From a bacterium (GTDB lineage: Bacteria > Electryoneota > JAOADG01): a stretch of DNA of 64,000 bases. This document shows, piece by piece, positions 49,902 through 60,041 of the stretch (position 1 is the stretch's first letter; every line of letters starts with the position of its first letter). Made by a program: the position numbers and the translations under genes. The notes beneath the pieces were generated by a model, which worked only from the letters and a program-made list of their open reading frames with translations, had not been told where the DNA came from and searched no databases. Location: NCBI GenBank assembly GCA_963681965.1, contig OY820579.1:320001-384000 (forward strand), read 5' to 3'.

Positions 49902-51437
49902 CTATTCGTGTTGATCGTCGCCGCGTCTGCGCTCGAGATCTTGCCAACCCATTACGTCCCACTTTAAGAAACCTTCCGAGGTTAAGTCCATCTGGAAGGG
50001 GGGGTATGACACGATCGAAACCTTTGTTTTATCCCATCGCGGATCAAATTGATACACTTTATCGTAACCCGTTCCGCCATGATTTGTGCGGTGAACGTAA
50101 CCTCGACGATGCTGACAAATTGCACCCGTTAAATAGATCGCGCCTCGTTCATCGGAATTCGGAGGCGTTGGGCACTTGTATGCGTCAGTGGAATCGTTCT
50201 GATCCTCAAAAGTAAAGCTGGATTGCAAGGCAAATAGCTGTCCATGGATCGCAATGTCTCGGTGAGTTGCATCGCCCGAGTACCTACCATTTTGCCGTCC
50301 ATTTTGCGGTGTATCCGCAATTAAAATTCCGGTCCAGGGTGCCGCTCGATCCGTTGGTTCTTCTACCTCGCTGATCAACGTCATCATGCTGTGTGCGTTT
50401 ACGTTAACGCGATAGTAGGGTGCTGTATTACACTCTTGATAAATTATGTTATCGTAGAGTCTTAAATTCCCTTTCGCCCCTATACCCAGTAATCCATACA
50501 CTTCACCGCTAATCCAAAGATCGCCATCGCAGAAGATCGCGAACTCTCGGGATGGCGCCCAAGTAATTGCGCCGACAGCTTGTGACATATCCAAATACGG
50601 GGATCTGGTACCCGTTCGCCATCGCCACAGTGTAGCAGTCGTACCGTTAAACCACAACCCGTGAGTATACTGTTTGTCGCTCGAATTTAACCACCGACCA
50701 CCTGCCGCAGCGGCATTGCGCAATCGATCCGCTTTTACCGGGATCGGAATTTTTTTGATATGCTCGAAATATCCGGGACGAGGAAATCCAGCGAATGTCG
50801 CTCCTTGAGGGGAGTTGATTACGCCAGTCGTTGTCACCAAAGCTCCGAAATAAGCTCCGGGATGAACACCAATATCGGAATTGGCATGAACCGGTGAATA
50901 AATCGAATCTCGCGCCCAGAACCAGATATATTCATTGAATCGGGTCTGTTCTTCGTCGGTAAAATAGAAGTACTGTGAGAATTCTCTTTTCCTCAACAGT
51001 AATTGCGCTCTTCGACGAACTTGTTTGGTGCGCTGTTCATAGTCGCGGTATTGAACAACCCCGGTTGCCGAAAGCAAATAATCACGACGTTGAATCAGAC
51101 TTCCCGCTTGGGTTCCTGCCTGAGTTCGATAAGAAATCAACGGTCGTAAATATTTAGAATTTTTAAATCCCTGAACAACTCCATCAGCAAATGGAATGTC
51201 AGCGGTCGGTGCAAATCCGGGTCTCGCGTTGCGCATATATCCAAGCGGTACTTGAATTATTGCTGCTTGAGCTACATAGTATGCTTGGGTCGCCGCGACC
51301 TGATGTATGGCATTTTCTTGATTGTTAACCTGCCATTTGAGATATGCCAAAGAACTGAATAACAACAATATCGACATTGGAACTGCGAAGCCAAGCGAAT
51401 AGCCTGCTCGCGTCCGAAAACGCAAATTCTGTTTCAT
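49902..51437 (-). CDS. PilX-like (DUF4900-like) large minor pilin, copy 2
   Basis: Basic leader + G|YSLGF hydrophobic helix lacking Glu5; QAYYVAQA; FSQYFYFTD; PVHAN; GYDKVYQFDPR. Confidence 0.7.
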   Translation of the reverse strand: MKQNLRFRTRAGYSLGFAVPMSILLLFSSLAYLKWQVNNQENAIHQVAATQAYYVAQAAIIQVPLGYMRNARPGFAPTADIPFADGVVQGFKNSKYLRPLISYRTQAGTQAGSLIQRRDYLLSATGVVQYRDYEQRTKQVRRRAQLLLRKREFSQYFYFTDEEQTRFNEYIWFWARDSIYSPVHANSDIGVHPGAYFGALVTTTGVINSPQGATFAGFPRPGYFEHIKKIPIPVKADRLRNAAAAGGRWLNSSDKQYTHGLWFNGTTATLWRWRTGTRSPYLDMSQAVGAITWAPSREFAIFCDGDLWISGEVYGLLGIGAKGNLRLYDNIIYQECNTAPYYRVNVNAHSMMTLISEVEEPTDRAAPWTGILIADTPQNGRQNGRYSGDATHRDIAIHGQLFALQSSFTFEDQNDSTDAYKCPTPPNSDERGAIYLTGAICQHRRGYVHRTNHGGTGYDKVYQFDPRWDKTKVSIVSYPPFQMDLTSEGFLKWDVMGWQDLERRRGDDQHE

Positions 51438-51506
51438 AGTTCACTCTCATCATCAACATCAAATCAAACATCATCACTATTACAAAACATAAATCTACAA
51501 AAAACT

Positions 51507-53051
51507 TTATTCGGCTTGTTCGTCACCCCGTTTGCGTTCGAGATCTTGCCATCCCATCACGTCCCACTTCAAGAAACCTTCTGAAGTCAAGTCCATCTGG
51601 AAGGGGGGGTACGATACAACGGAAACTTTTGTTTTATCCCATCGCGGGTCAAACTGATAGACCTTGTCGTAACCGGTACCACCACGATTCGAACGGTGTA
51701 CGTAACCTCGACGATGCTGGCAAACTGCGCCCGTCAGATAAATTGCACCGCGTTCATCAGGGTTCGGTCCAATGTATGCATCTGTCGAGTCGTTCTGATC
51801 TTCAAACGTAAAGCTTGAGTTCAATGCAAAGATCTGACCGTGAATAGCGATATCTCGATGAGCCTGATCGCTTTGACCGTATTGTCGTCCATTCGCGCGA
51901 CCATTATACGGGGTATCGCCCATTAAGATTCCGGTCCAAGGTGCTCTACGATCGTTATCCGGCGGTTCGTCCACTTCGCTGATTAAGGTCATCATACTAT
52001 GAGTATTCGGGTTAACTCGATAGGGAAGCTGCGAACACTGACCGTCTTGATAAGTAATGTTATCGTAAAGTCTTAGGTTGCCGTAAGCACCGATTCCGAC
52101 TAAGCCATACACTTGACCGCAAATCCAAAGATCGCCATCGCAGAAAATTGCAAATTCACGGGATGGTGCCCAGGTAACAGCGCCAACGGCTTGCGACATA
52201 TCCAAATAGGGTGATCGAGTACCGGTACGCCACCGCCAGAGTGTAGCAGTTGTGCCATTGAACCAAAGACCGTGCGTGTACTGCTTGTCACTCGAATTCA
52301 ACCATCGACCGCCGGCTGCTGCAGATGTCCGTAGTCGATCTGCCTTTACCGGAATCGGAATTTTCTTCACGTGTTGGAAATATCCCGGTCGCGGAAAACC
52401 TGCAAACGTTGAGCCTTGCGGCGACTGAATTTCACCGGTGGTTGTAACGAGCGCACCGAAATAGGCACCGGCATGAACACCGATATTGGAATTTGCGTGA
52501 ACTGGAGAGTAAATCGAGTCACGACTCCAGAACCAAATATATTCGCCAAATCGGGTCTGTTCTTCGTCGGTAAAATAGAAATACTGTGAAAATTCACGCT
52601 TTCTTAATAACAACTGCGCGCGTCGTCGAACCTGTTGCGTTTCATGTTGATAGTTCGTAAATCGAACTACGCCAGTCGCAGATAGTAAATAATCGCGTCG
52701 TTGAATTAAGCTTCCTGCTTGAGTTCCTGCCTGAGTTCGATATGAAATCAACGGACGCAAGTAACGTGCATTTTGAAAACCTGCAACCACGCCATCGGCA
52801 AATCGGATTTCAGCGGTCGGCGAAAATCCCGGTCTGGCATTCCGCATGTACCCTAACGGTACTTGAATAATTGCTGCCTGTGCAACGTAATATGCTTGCG
52901 TTGCCGCTACTTGATGGATTGCATTCTGTTGATCTGCAACTTGCCATTTGAGATATGCCAACGAGCTGAACAATAGCAGCATCGACATTGGAACAGCAAA
53001 TCCAAGCGAAAACCCGCCATTTCTTTTTACATATCGCATACTCTTCATCAT
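51507..53051 (-). CDS. PilX-like (DUF4900-like) large minor pilin, copy 1
   Basis: G|FSLGF leader; colinear paralogue of 49902-51437; RBS AAGGAG. Confidence 0.7.
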   Translation of the reverse strand: MMKSMRYVKRNGGFSLGFAVPMSMLLLFSSLAYLKWQVADQQNAIHQVAATQAYYVAQAAIIQVPLGYMRNARPGFSPTAEIRFADGVVAGFQNARYLRPLISYRTQAGTQAGSLIQRRDYLLSATGVVRFTNYQHETQQVRRRAQLLLRKREFSQYFYFTDEEQTRFGEYIWFWSRDSIYSPVHANSNIGVHAGAYFGALVTTTGEIQSPQGSTFAGFPRPGYFQHVKKIPIPVKADRLRTSAAAGGRWLNSSDKQYTHGLWFNGTTATLWRWRTGTRSPYLDMSQAVGAVTWAPSREFAIFCDGDLWICGQVYGLVGIGAYGNLRLYDNITYQDGQCSQLPYRVNPNTHSMMTLISEVDEPPDNDRRAPWTGILMGDTPYNGRANGRQYGQSDQAHRDIAIHGQIFALNSSFTFEDQNDSTDAYIGPNPDERGAIYLTGAVCQHRRGYVHRSNRGGTGYDKVYQFDPRWDKTKVSVVSYPPFQMDLTSEGFLKWDVMGWQDLERKRGDEQAE

Positions 53052-53116
53052 CGTACTCCTTCGTGCGGTCATCATCTCAATCTGACTACTCCGATCAAAT
53101 CTCTAACCATTCATCA

Positions 53117-53848
53117 TTAAAACTGCGATTTTCCTGAGTTGTATCGGTAAATAAAGAAATTCTCGAGATACAACATTGTGGTCCATCGAAACACGCGCGT
53201 ATAATTCGGTGCAATACTACCAGTCTCGCCATTCCAAACCGTTACCGACGGATTGTATTTGACCAATCGGAGAATGAAAGTAAGCTGAACCGCCGAAGAA
53301 TCAAGCTTAATATAGTCCTCTTGTCCAAACAAATCGCGTGCTGGTTTGATCTTAAAGGAATCGCACTGCATATACATATTGTACTTTTCGAGTCTAGTGC
53401 GACTCACCCAGGCACCGAATTCGGTATTTTCGCCACGACTCTCAGAAAACATCCGAGTAGTAATCGTGCTATTGTAGTGATTTAACGAACGCCAAGCGTT
53501 ACCGGTTCGATCCACGGTCCAGCGGATCAACATCGTATCCGGGTCTTGGCCGGAATAATCGACAACGCGCATGTCGACACCGGAATATCCGCCACTTTGA
53601 AAGAGCTGATAGGTATAAGCGTTTTTGAAATCCTGATTGATCCGATACATCACAAAGTTGCCATAAGTATCGACAATGGTTTCAATATCGCTAATCGTCT
53701 GTTGCTTGCTCATCCCTGCCCACAGCAGCATAAACCCGCCGAGTGCAAAAGCAGCCATTCCAATCGTTGCAGCCATTTCGACAAAAGTGAAACCGCCGCG
53801 TTTCTTCAGTTTGCCATCCATTTTCATCCCCTTTTCATCAATTCTCAT
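53117..53848 (-). CDS. Minor pilin, PilW-like
   Basis: KKRGG|FTFVEM prepilin motif. Confidence 0.7.
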   Translation of the reverse strand: MRIDEKGMKMDGKLKKRGGFTFVEMAATIGMAAFALGGFMLLWAGMSKQQTISDIETIVDTYGNFVMYRINQDFKNAYTYQLFQSGGYSGVDMRVVDYSGQDPDTMLIRWTVDRTGNAWRSLNHYNSTITTRMFSESRGENTEFGAWVSRTRLEKYNMYMQCDSFKIKPARDLFGQEDYIKLDSSAVQLTFILRLVKYNPSVTVWNGETGSIAPNYTRVFRWTTMLYLENFFIYRYNSGKSQF

Positions 53849-53852
53849 GCAC

Positions 53853-54425
53853 TTACTTGTCTAGCCACACCGGAACTATTCGCGCTTGATAAGTGATCGT
53901 ATCGGTCTTGCCCACCGGTCTCAATCCCATACCGTCCTGCCACGCCGTTTGTTGTGGCTGTTCCCAAACAATCCAGGTTTTCACATCAAACCAATCGGGA
54001 TTGGTATTGGAAGTCGTAGGATCGTCGGTCGCTTCAATCCGGTTGTAATAAATTTTACCCCAGATGTCTTGCGAATTACCAACCGCTGTACCGAGTTGTC
54101 CGGCACCGCGTCGATCGATCAGCACATCCTCGCCACGCATATCGCCTTGATCGAATTGGGAAACCCATCGATCATCATCCTGCGGAATCTGATGTATAAT
54201 ACCGATCATCATTTCCGTTTTGGCGCGCAATACTTCGCCCGCCATCTTGTAAATGTAATCGGATTCCAACCCATGACGACCCAGCGTAAAGACTTTCAAA
54301 GAACCGACAGCAGAGATACTCATCACCAAAAAGCTCGCGGCGGCTTCCAACAGGGATAACCCGCCCCGGTTTCGACTGCGACGAATCCATAACGGGATCC
54401 GCCGGAAGATCATAGTGCACCGCAT
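53853..54425 (-). CDS. Minor pilin, PilV-like
   Basis: RNRGG|LSLLEA prepilin motif; RBS GAGGAG. Confidence 0.7.
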   Translation of the reverse strand: MRCTMIFRRIPLWIRRSRNRGGLSLLEAAASFLVMSISAVGSLKVFTLGRHGLESDYIYKMAGEVLRAKTEMMIGIIHQIPQDDDRWVSQFDQGDMRGEDVLIDRRGAGQLGTAVGNSQDIWGKIYYNRIEATDDPTTSNTNPDWFDVKTWIVWEQPQQTAWQDGMGLRPVGKTDTITYQARIVPVWLDK

Positions 54426-54538
54426 AAACAACTCCTCTCAATCATCCAATCAAACACAATCACTATCCTATGCACAAAAACAATTTCACTGCTACTATTC
54501 CATCACTGTGCAAATTGTTCGCACCGACATTCAATATT

Positions 54539-55627
54539 TTACTCGTTCAAATTCACTTCAAACAGTCTCGGGTTGTCGGCAACGTGCGCGGCAGTTTCGC
54601 GATCGATAACGCCTTTCGCCATCAATCGTTGCAAATCCTGATCGAGGGTCTGCATACCAGCCTTGCCACCGGCCTGAATAACCGAAGGAATTTGATAAAT
54701 TTTATCTTCACGAATCAGGTTACGAACAGCAGTCGTTGCAACCATGATTTCACACGCTACGATTCGACCCTTGCCATCCTTCTTCGGCAGCAACTTCTGA
54801 GAGACGACCGCTTCAAGCGATTCCGCCAACATCGAACGGACCTGGGTTTTTTGACCCGAGGGGAAAATATCGATGATACGGTCGATCGTTTTGGCAGCGC
54901 TGGAAGTATGCAAAGTTGCGAGAACCAAGTGACCGGTTTCAGCGGCAGTCAGAGCCAGAGAAATGGTTTCAAGGTCGCGCATTTCACCGACGAGAATGAC
55001 ATCGGGGTCTTCACGCAAGGCACTTCGCAGTGCGTTGGCAAAACTGTGCGTGTTCGCACCCAACTCACGTTGGTTCAGCATACAGCTTTTCGACGAGTGG
55101 AAAAACTCAATCGGGTCTTCAATCGTGATGATGTGAAGATTCTTGTACTCGTTGATATGATCAACCATCGTGGCTAGTGTTGTCGATTTACCGGATCCGG
55201 TAGGACCGGTCAACAGAACCAGACCGCGATCTTTCAAGCACAGGTCCTTCAATACTTCCGGAATGCCTAATTCCTCGAAGGATTTAATTTCAGCAGGAAT
55301 TGTCCGGAAGACTGCAGCAAGACCCTGTATCTGGGAAAAGATGTTGACACGGAATCGAGCTTTCGGTTTGGAGATTTTTCCGGGAATCAGATCGTCGTCG
55401 AAAATCATGTGCGACAAGTCGATTTCCTTCTGTTCCTCCAATCGTTCTTTCTGATCCTCACTGAGGATGTCGTAGAGTGCTTCCCGAATTACGTCGGGTG
55501 CCACTTCCGGCAGCGCCAGTTTCTTCATCTTCCCGTGAATCCGGATCATCGGTGTCGAGCCTGATGATAGATGCAAGTCAGAAGCGCCCTGATCTACCGC
55601 GAAATGCAAAAGTTCGTCAATTACCAC
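54539..55627 (-). CDS. pilT: Twitching motility retraction ATPase
   Basis: ASDLHL, GPTGSGKSTT, ALREDPD, AAETGHL, AVRNLIRE. Confidence 0.96.
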   Translation of the reverse strand: MVIDELLHFAVDQGASDLHLSSGSTPMIRIHGKMKKLALPEVAPDVIREALYDILSEDQKERLEEQKEIDLSHMIFDDDLIPGKISKPKARFRVNIFSQIQGLAAVFRTIPAEIKSFEELGIPEVLKDLCLKDRGLVLLTGPTGSGKSTTLATMVDHINEYKNLHIITIEDPIEFFHSSKSCMLNQRELGANTHSFANALRSALREDPDVILVGEMRDLETISLALTAAETGHLVLATLHTSSAAKTIDRIIDIFPSGQKTQVRSMLAESLEAVVSQKLLPKKDGKGRIVACEIMVATTAVRNLIREDKIYQIPSVIQAGGKAGMQTLDQDLQRLMAKGVIDRETAAHVADNPRLFEVNLNE

Positions 55628-55763
55628 CTGCTCGCCTCGCCTCTATTTGGGCTACCTGCACACCGGTAGATTCCAAAACCTACCGGTGTCCGGCAACCAA
55701 TCGTTTTTTCTAGCTAATTACAATCGGAGATAATCTCCGATTATTCAAAAGTTAACCGAGCGT

Positions 55764-56177
55764 TTACTGTTCGGTCGGGAGACCGTAACCGTAGAACTTA
55801 CCGGTTTGAATGTCGAGAGTGATCGTCTTGCCCGCGCCGCCTCTCATTTCACCGGTCGAAACCGCTTGAATCTGAGTGATCGGGTTTTGGCCGATAATCG
55901 TAAACGTCCATTGACGGATGGTTGACGGGTCAAGCGTGAGGTAGCCACCGGTTTCCAAGATTTCTACCGATGGTGGATCCTCGCCGAGATCCTGTGAATA
56001 CATCTTAGCGGCGTTTAGGATTGCACCAATGGTAGCTTGTGCGTCTGCAGCACGCGCGCCTTGCACGTACTCGATGTAGATCGGCACCGAAATCGCGGCC
56101 AAAATAGCCACAATCACCACCACGACCAACACTTCGATTAACGTAAAGCCTTTCGACTTACGAATGAACTTCATCAT
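55764..56177 (-). CDS. pilA: Type IVa pilin, probable major pilin
   Basis: KSKG|FTLIEVLVVVVIVAILAAISVP; RBS GGAGG; own sigma54 promoter. Confidence 0.8.
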   Translation of the reverse strand: MMKFIRKSKGFTLIEVLVVVVIVAILAAISVPIYIEYVQGARAADAQATIGAILNAAKMYSQDLGEDPPSVEILETGGYLTLDPSTIRQWTFTIIGQNPITQIQAVSTGEMRGGAGKTITLDIQTGKFYGYGLPTEQ

Positions 56178-56362
56178 GTTTCCACCTCCAGAAATGAGAT
56201 TCGCGATTGGCGCCGGGAAAGTCCGACAGCCTGTTCGTGTAACGTTACAATGCACAAGACCCTTATGCAACACTGACACTGCAATCCGAGCGTAAATGAC
56301 CGTTTTCTAGTAGGCTGACGATCATCTTCGGTCGGTACCCGGCAGTTTCTACCTAATCAATG

Positions 56363-56378
56363 AGCAATCGGGATGCCA
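56363..56378 (-). promoter_or_regulatory. Sigma54 -24/-12 promoter of the pilin gene
   Basis: Minus strand TGGCATCCCGATTGCT (GG-N10-GC). Confidence 0.75.
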
Positions 56379-56536
56379 ATATTAAAAGATATCAAAACGA
56401 CGAAAGAGAATAACGAAAGAGCAGTGTTTTACACACGAGTCTGCCGTTTGTGATCCACATCAATCGATAAAAAGAAGTTAATCGGTAGGAGGGCGCTCTG
56501 CAACACCTAGAAAGTTTGTGCAAAATATGCAGAGTG

Positions 56537-56917
56537 TCACTCTGAGAGCGATTTACGGAGAATTCCGAGGGTAAAGATCAATCCACCTGCTAGAACACCA
56601 CCGATAATCACGATCCATCCACTGTAGCTCAACAACCCCGAAAGACCCTGCCACACAGTCGTAGCAACACTATTCGAAATTGTCAATTCAAATCTCAGCG
56701 ACATCCACCAATTCGCCAGCATACGGATAATCGCGACGGTAAGCACCAGTGCTCCCACAGCGAAAATCGTTTTTTCCGCCCGTGTGGCTTGAACACTCTT
56801 GCTGATCGCGATTGCGCGACGCGAAAGCAGCGCGGAATCGGGGATCGGCTGGTTCAATGGCTGGGAAAGCACCATTTCCAGTTCGGCAGGAAGTTCAAAT
56901 TCGTCACGTTCGTTCAT
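56537..56917 (-). CDS. Membrane protein, putative anti-sigma factor
   Basis: Two TM segments; downstream of the ECF sigma gene; RBS GAGGA. Confidence 0.5.
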   Translation of the reverse strand: MNERDEFELPAELEMVLSQPLNQPIPDSALLSRRAIAISKSVQATRAEKTIFAVGALVLTVAIIRMLANWWMSLRFELTISNSVATTVWQGLSGLLSYSGWIVIIGGVLAGGLIFTLGILRKSLSE

Positions 56918-57059
56918 TCCATCCTCTGACAGCGAGTGACAACCAGTGATGTGTCTTACTTTCTGATCGACAGCTCGCATTTACAAGATAATACAATTTT
57001 CTACCAGATTCTACGAGTGCCATTCGCAAATCGCGATTGAGACGCACCCGGAAAGAAAT

Positions 57060-57554
57060 TTACTCGGCTTTCGCAGTCGCGATCATTCGTTGTCGCGCGC
57101 GATGAAGGTGGCTTTTAACCGTGCCTTCCGCTTGTCCCACGATATCGGCGATCTCGGCAATCGAGAAATTCTGCAAATAAAACATCGTTACGACCGATCG
57201 TTGCAGTGGCGACAGCGCATTTAACATCCGTTCCATACGCTCTTGCCGATCCAATTGCTCGTCGGGTAACAAACCGTAGTCGGCGTCAACCTCTTCGAGT
57301 AACTCGGCGGTGTCGATTCGACCGAGTTGCCGCATTCGCTCTCGCAGAGCGATCCGATAGGCAATTTTCCAGATCCAAGTCGAAATTGCACTCTCGCCAC
57401 GGAACCACGGTAAACCCTGCCACACGGCAATCCACAATTCTTGCAACAAATCGGGAACCCGCGAACGCTGCGGAATCAAGCGCGCAATCAACGTTGCGAG
57501 CTTTGGCGATTCCCGTTCGACCAATTGTGCGAATTCCGATTGGCTTAATCGCAA
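57060..57554 (-). CDS. ECF RNA polymerase sigma factor
   Basis: DLLQE, FRGESAISTWIWKIA, SIAEIA, GTVKSHLHRAR. Confidence 0.9.
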   Translation of the reverse strand: MRLSQSEFAQLVERESPKLATLIARLIPQRSRVPDLLQELWIAVWQGLPWFRGESAISTWIWKIAYRIALRERMRQLGRIDTAELLEEVDADYGLLPDEQLDRQERMERMLNALSPLQRSVVTMFYLQNFSIAEIADIVGQAEGTVKSHLHRARQRMIATAKAE

Positions 57555-57791
57555 GCGTGTGCTTCCTTTGCGTGCAAACTTGTCGCTTGCATCTTGTTAG
57601 TGACGATGTCCAAAGTAAAAGTTGCACCTTTTCAATTTCATCATCGACCCGTCAGACTTGAATCAGCTGACACTAATCTGTTATTTTACAATGAAATGGA
57701 GCGATACTACCCGAAACTGCAACCTTTTCCGTTCAATCGCTCACTCACCAACTGAGATGAGATGCGGTGTTCGGAAGGGAGGGGACTGACG

Positions 57792-58400
57792 ATGCAACCA
57801 GATTCAATCAAGAAACTTAAAATAAACATAGATGCTGCCAGCGGCAAAGCTAGCAAGGTTATCATTGTCAATAACGACACGATCGCCGATATCAACATCA
57901 TGAAATCGGATTCTGCTCCGGGTCTAATTATCAATGGTCCGGGATTCGATAGCAAACTGCTCCCGTCTTCCGGTATGAGTTTAGCCTATGCCATTTACCC
58001 TCTAATCACCTTCTGTTTCATTGCCGTCGTCACTTGGTTTACACTCCGATTCTTCCAGCGTCGTAACGAAATGCGTCACCGCGAGCGGATGGCAGCCATC
58101 GAGCGCGGACTAATCTTACCCCCAGAAACAGCATCAAATGTTGACCCCAAGCTGTTGAAACAATACAACCCATATAAATGGCCGCTAATTCTCGGACTGT
58201 GTGGCGTAGCAATTATTGTAGCACATCTGATCGAGGGGGAACGCGATTTTGGATTCGGTTTAATGCTCGTTGCGATCGGAGCCGCCTTATTCTTATCCCG
58301 GATGATGCGAAGAAACGAACTCAAACGAACCGGTTCAATACCGTCGCAATATTCCTCGCAACCTCCAACTCCCCCCTCCCCTCCCGAATTTAAAAGCTGA
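57792..58400 (+). CDS. DUF6249-like membrane protein
   Basis: TM followed by RHRERMAAIERG, then two TMs; divergent from the ECF sigma gene. Confidence 0.65.
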   Translation: MQPDSIKKLKINIDAASGKASKVIIVNNDTIADINIMKSDSAPGLIINGPGFDSKLLPSSGMSLAYAIYPLITFCFIAVVTWFTLRFFQRRNEMRHRERMAAIERGLILPPETASNVDPKLLKQYNPYKWPLILGLCGVAIIVAHLIEGERDFGFGLMLVAIGAALFLSRMMRRNELKRTGSIPSQYSSQPPTPPSPPEFKS

Positions 58401-58420
58401 TCTTAAGACCTATGTTATTG

Positions 58421-58453
58421 AAAATAGGGACAGTCGACACTGCCCCTATTTTT
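58421..58453. terminator. Terminator
   Basis: AAAATAGGGACAGT...ACTGCCCCTATTTTT. Confidence 0.65.
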
Positions 58454-58561
58454 ATATTTTAGCGAAACAATGTACATTTATTCGTTTCTAATTCATTTAG
58501 CGACGTTGATTTTTCTTTTTTTCTATTTTGTCTTCTTTTTTTCTGTAGTCAGGGAGCTTGC

Positions 58562-59926
58562 ATGACACCTTTGGAATTTATTGAAGCAAATCGTCAACCC
58601 TTTTTGGACGAGTTGTACACGTTTCTTCGTTACCCAACAATTTCGACTGCATCAGAATACAAAGCCGACATCCGCGCGTGCGGCGAATGGCTAGCCGATA
58701 AAGCGCGTGCACTGGGCTTTATGAATGTAAAGCTCAACGAAACTGCGGGACATCCGATCCTAACCGGAAAATACCTTGGTGCCGGTCCACAAGCACCGAC
58801 AATTCTACTCTACGGTCATTACGATGTGCAACCACCAGATCCTCTCGAACTCTGGTTGAAACCGCCCTTCGAACCGTGGATCGACGGTGACCGACTGTAT
58901 GCCCGTGGAGTCGCCGACGACAAAGGACAAATCTGGATTCATTTCTGTGCGATGGAAGCTTGGATCAAGACCGTCGGTCGCTTACCGGTGAATGTCCGGT
59001 TGTTGATTGAAGGGGAAGAGGAAATCGGAAGCCCAAATCTGGTGCCCTTCTGCGAACAACACAAAGACGAATTGCAAGCCGATGTAGTGGTAATTTCCGA
59101 CTCTGGTTTATTTGCCGATGGTCTTCCATCGATTAGTTATGCTCTTCGCGGATTGACATACTTCCAGATTGAATTGGAAGGACCGAATCGCGATCTCCAC
59201 AGCGGTATGTTCGGTGGTGCTGTTGCTAATCCCGCATTCGAGTTGGCGCGCATCATCGCGCAATTGAAAACCCCGCAAGGTGTCGTCACAGTTCCCGGTT
59301 TCTACGAATCGGTTCGACCACTCGCTCAAGACGAGCGCGAAATGTGGGAAAAACTTCCGCACAGCGACAGTGAAATGATGGCGGAATTGGGTGTGGATGC
59401 GTTACCCGGTGAATTCGGTTATTCGACATTGGAACGGATTTGGTCGCGACCGACATTTGAAGTATGCGGTTTGATATCCGGGTTCACTGGCGAAGGCGCG
59501 AAAACAGTACTTCCCGCCAAAGCAATGGCGAAGGTAAGTTGCCGATTGGTTCCGGATCAGGATCCGCACGACATCGAACAGAAGTTCATTAAATATGTCG
59601 AATCACTTTGTCCGGCAGGCTGCAAAATCAAAATATTTACTCATCACGGTGGAAAACCGGTGATTACCGAACGCGACAGCAAATTCGTGCAAGCGGCTTC
59701 GCGCGCATTGGAGAAAGCCTTCAAACAGCCTCCGGTATTTATCCGGACGGGTGGTTCGATACCGATTACCGCATCGTTCAAAGAGATTCTCGGTCTCGAT
59801 TCTGTGTTGCTTGGTTTTTCGCAGCCAAACGAGAATGCCCACAGTCCGAACGAATGGTTCTCGATCAAGCATTTCGAGTTGGGAGTCGACACTGCTGCAT
59901 ACTTCTATGAAGAAATAGTGAAGTAA
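58562..59926 (+). CDS. M20-family dipeptidase
   Basis: YGHYDVQP, ARGVADDKGQ, EGEEEIGS, DLHSG, HSPNE. Confidence 0.93.
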   Translation: MTPLEFIEANRQPFLDELYTFLRYPTISTASEYKADIRACGEWLADKARALGFMNVKLNETAGHPILTGKYLGAGPQAPTILLYGHYDVQPPDPLELWLKPPFEPWIDGDRLYARGVADDKGQIWIHFCAMEAWIKTVGRLPVNVRLLIEGEEEIGSPNLVPFCEQHKDELQADVVVISDSGLFADGLPSISYALRGLTYFQIELEGPNRDLHSGMFGGAVANPAFELARIIAQLKTPQGVVTVPGFYESVRPLAQDEREMWEKLPHSDSEMMAELGVDALPGEFGYSTLERIWSRPTFEVCGLISGFTGEGAKTVLPAKAMAKVSCRLVPDQDPHDIEQKFIKYVESLCPAGCKIKIFTHHGGKPVITERDSKFVQAASRALEKAFKQPPVFIRTGGSIPITASFKEILGLDSVLLGFSQPNENAHSPNEWFSIKHFELGVDTAAYFYEEIVK

Positions 59927-59944
59927 CTGTTTGCCAATATAGAA

Positions 59945-59979
59945 GCGGGGTATGAAAATCATACCCCGCCGTTTTTTTT
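59945..59979 (+). terminator. Rho-independent terminator
   Basis: GCGGGGTATGA-AAA-TCATACCCCGC followed by T8. Confidence 0.75.
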
Positions 59980-60041
59980 GTTTAAATGGGGTGCGCTTCT
60001 TCACCCCACTTTACATTATCAAAAGGCTTATCTAGTCGCGA

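Noticed and set aside
51438-51506. Nearly G-free intergenic tract on the + strand
   Set aside because: Short low-complexity spacer with no structure or repeat unit; most likely a U-rich translation-initiation region
49902-53051. Diversity-generating retroelement or shufflon behind the duplicated pilin-like genes
   Set aside because: Differences are spread over synonymous sites rather than adenine-specific, and no reverse transcriptase, recombinase or inverted sites were seen
35403-56177. Type II secretion system
   Set aside because: PilT, PilM/N/O and a type IVa pilin indicate a retractile type IV pilus
56484-56510. Possible GTAG REP (GTAGGAGGGCGC...)
   Set aside because: Lacks the GC palindrome shared by the other copies
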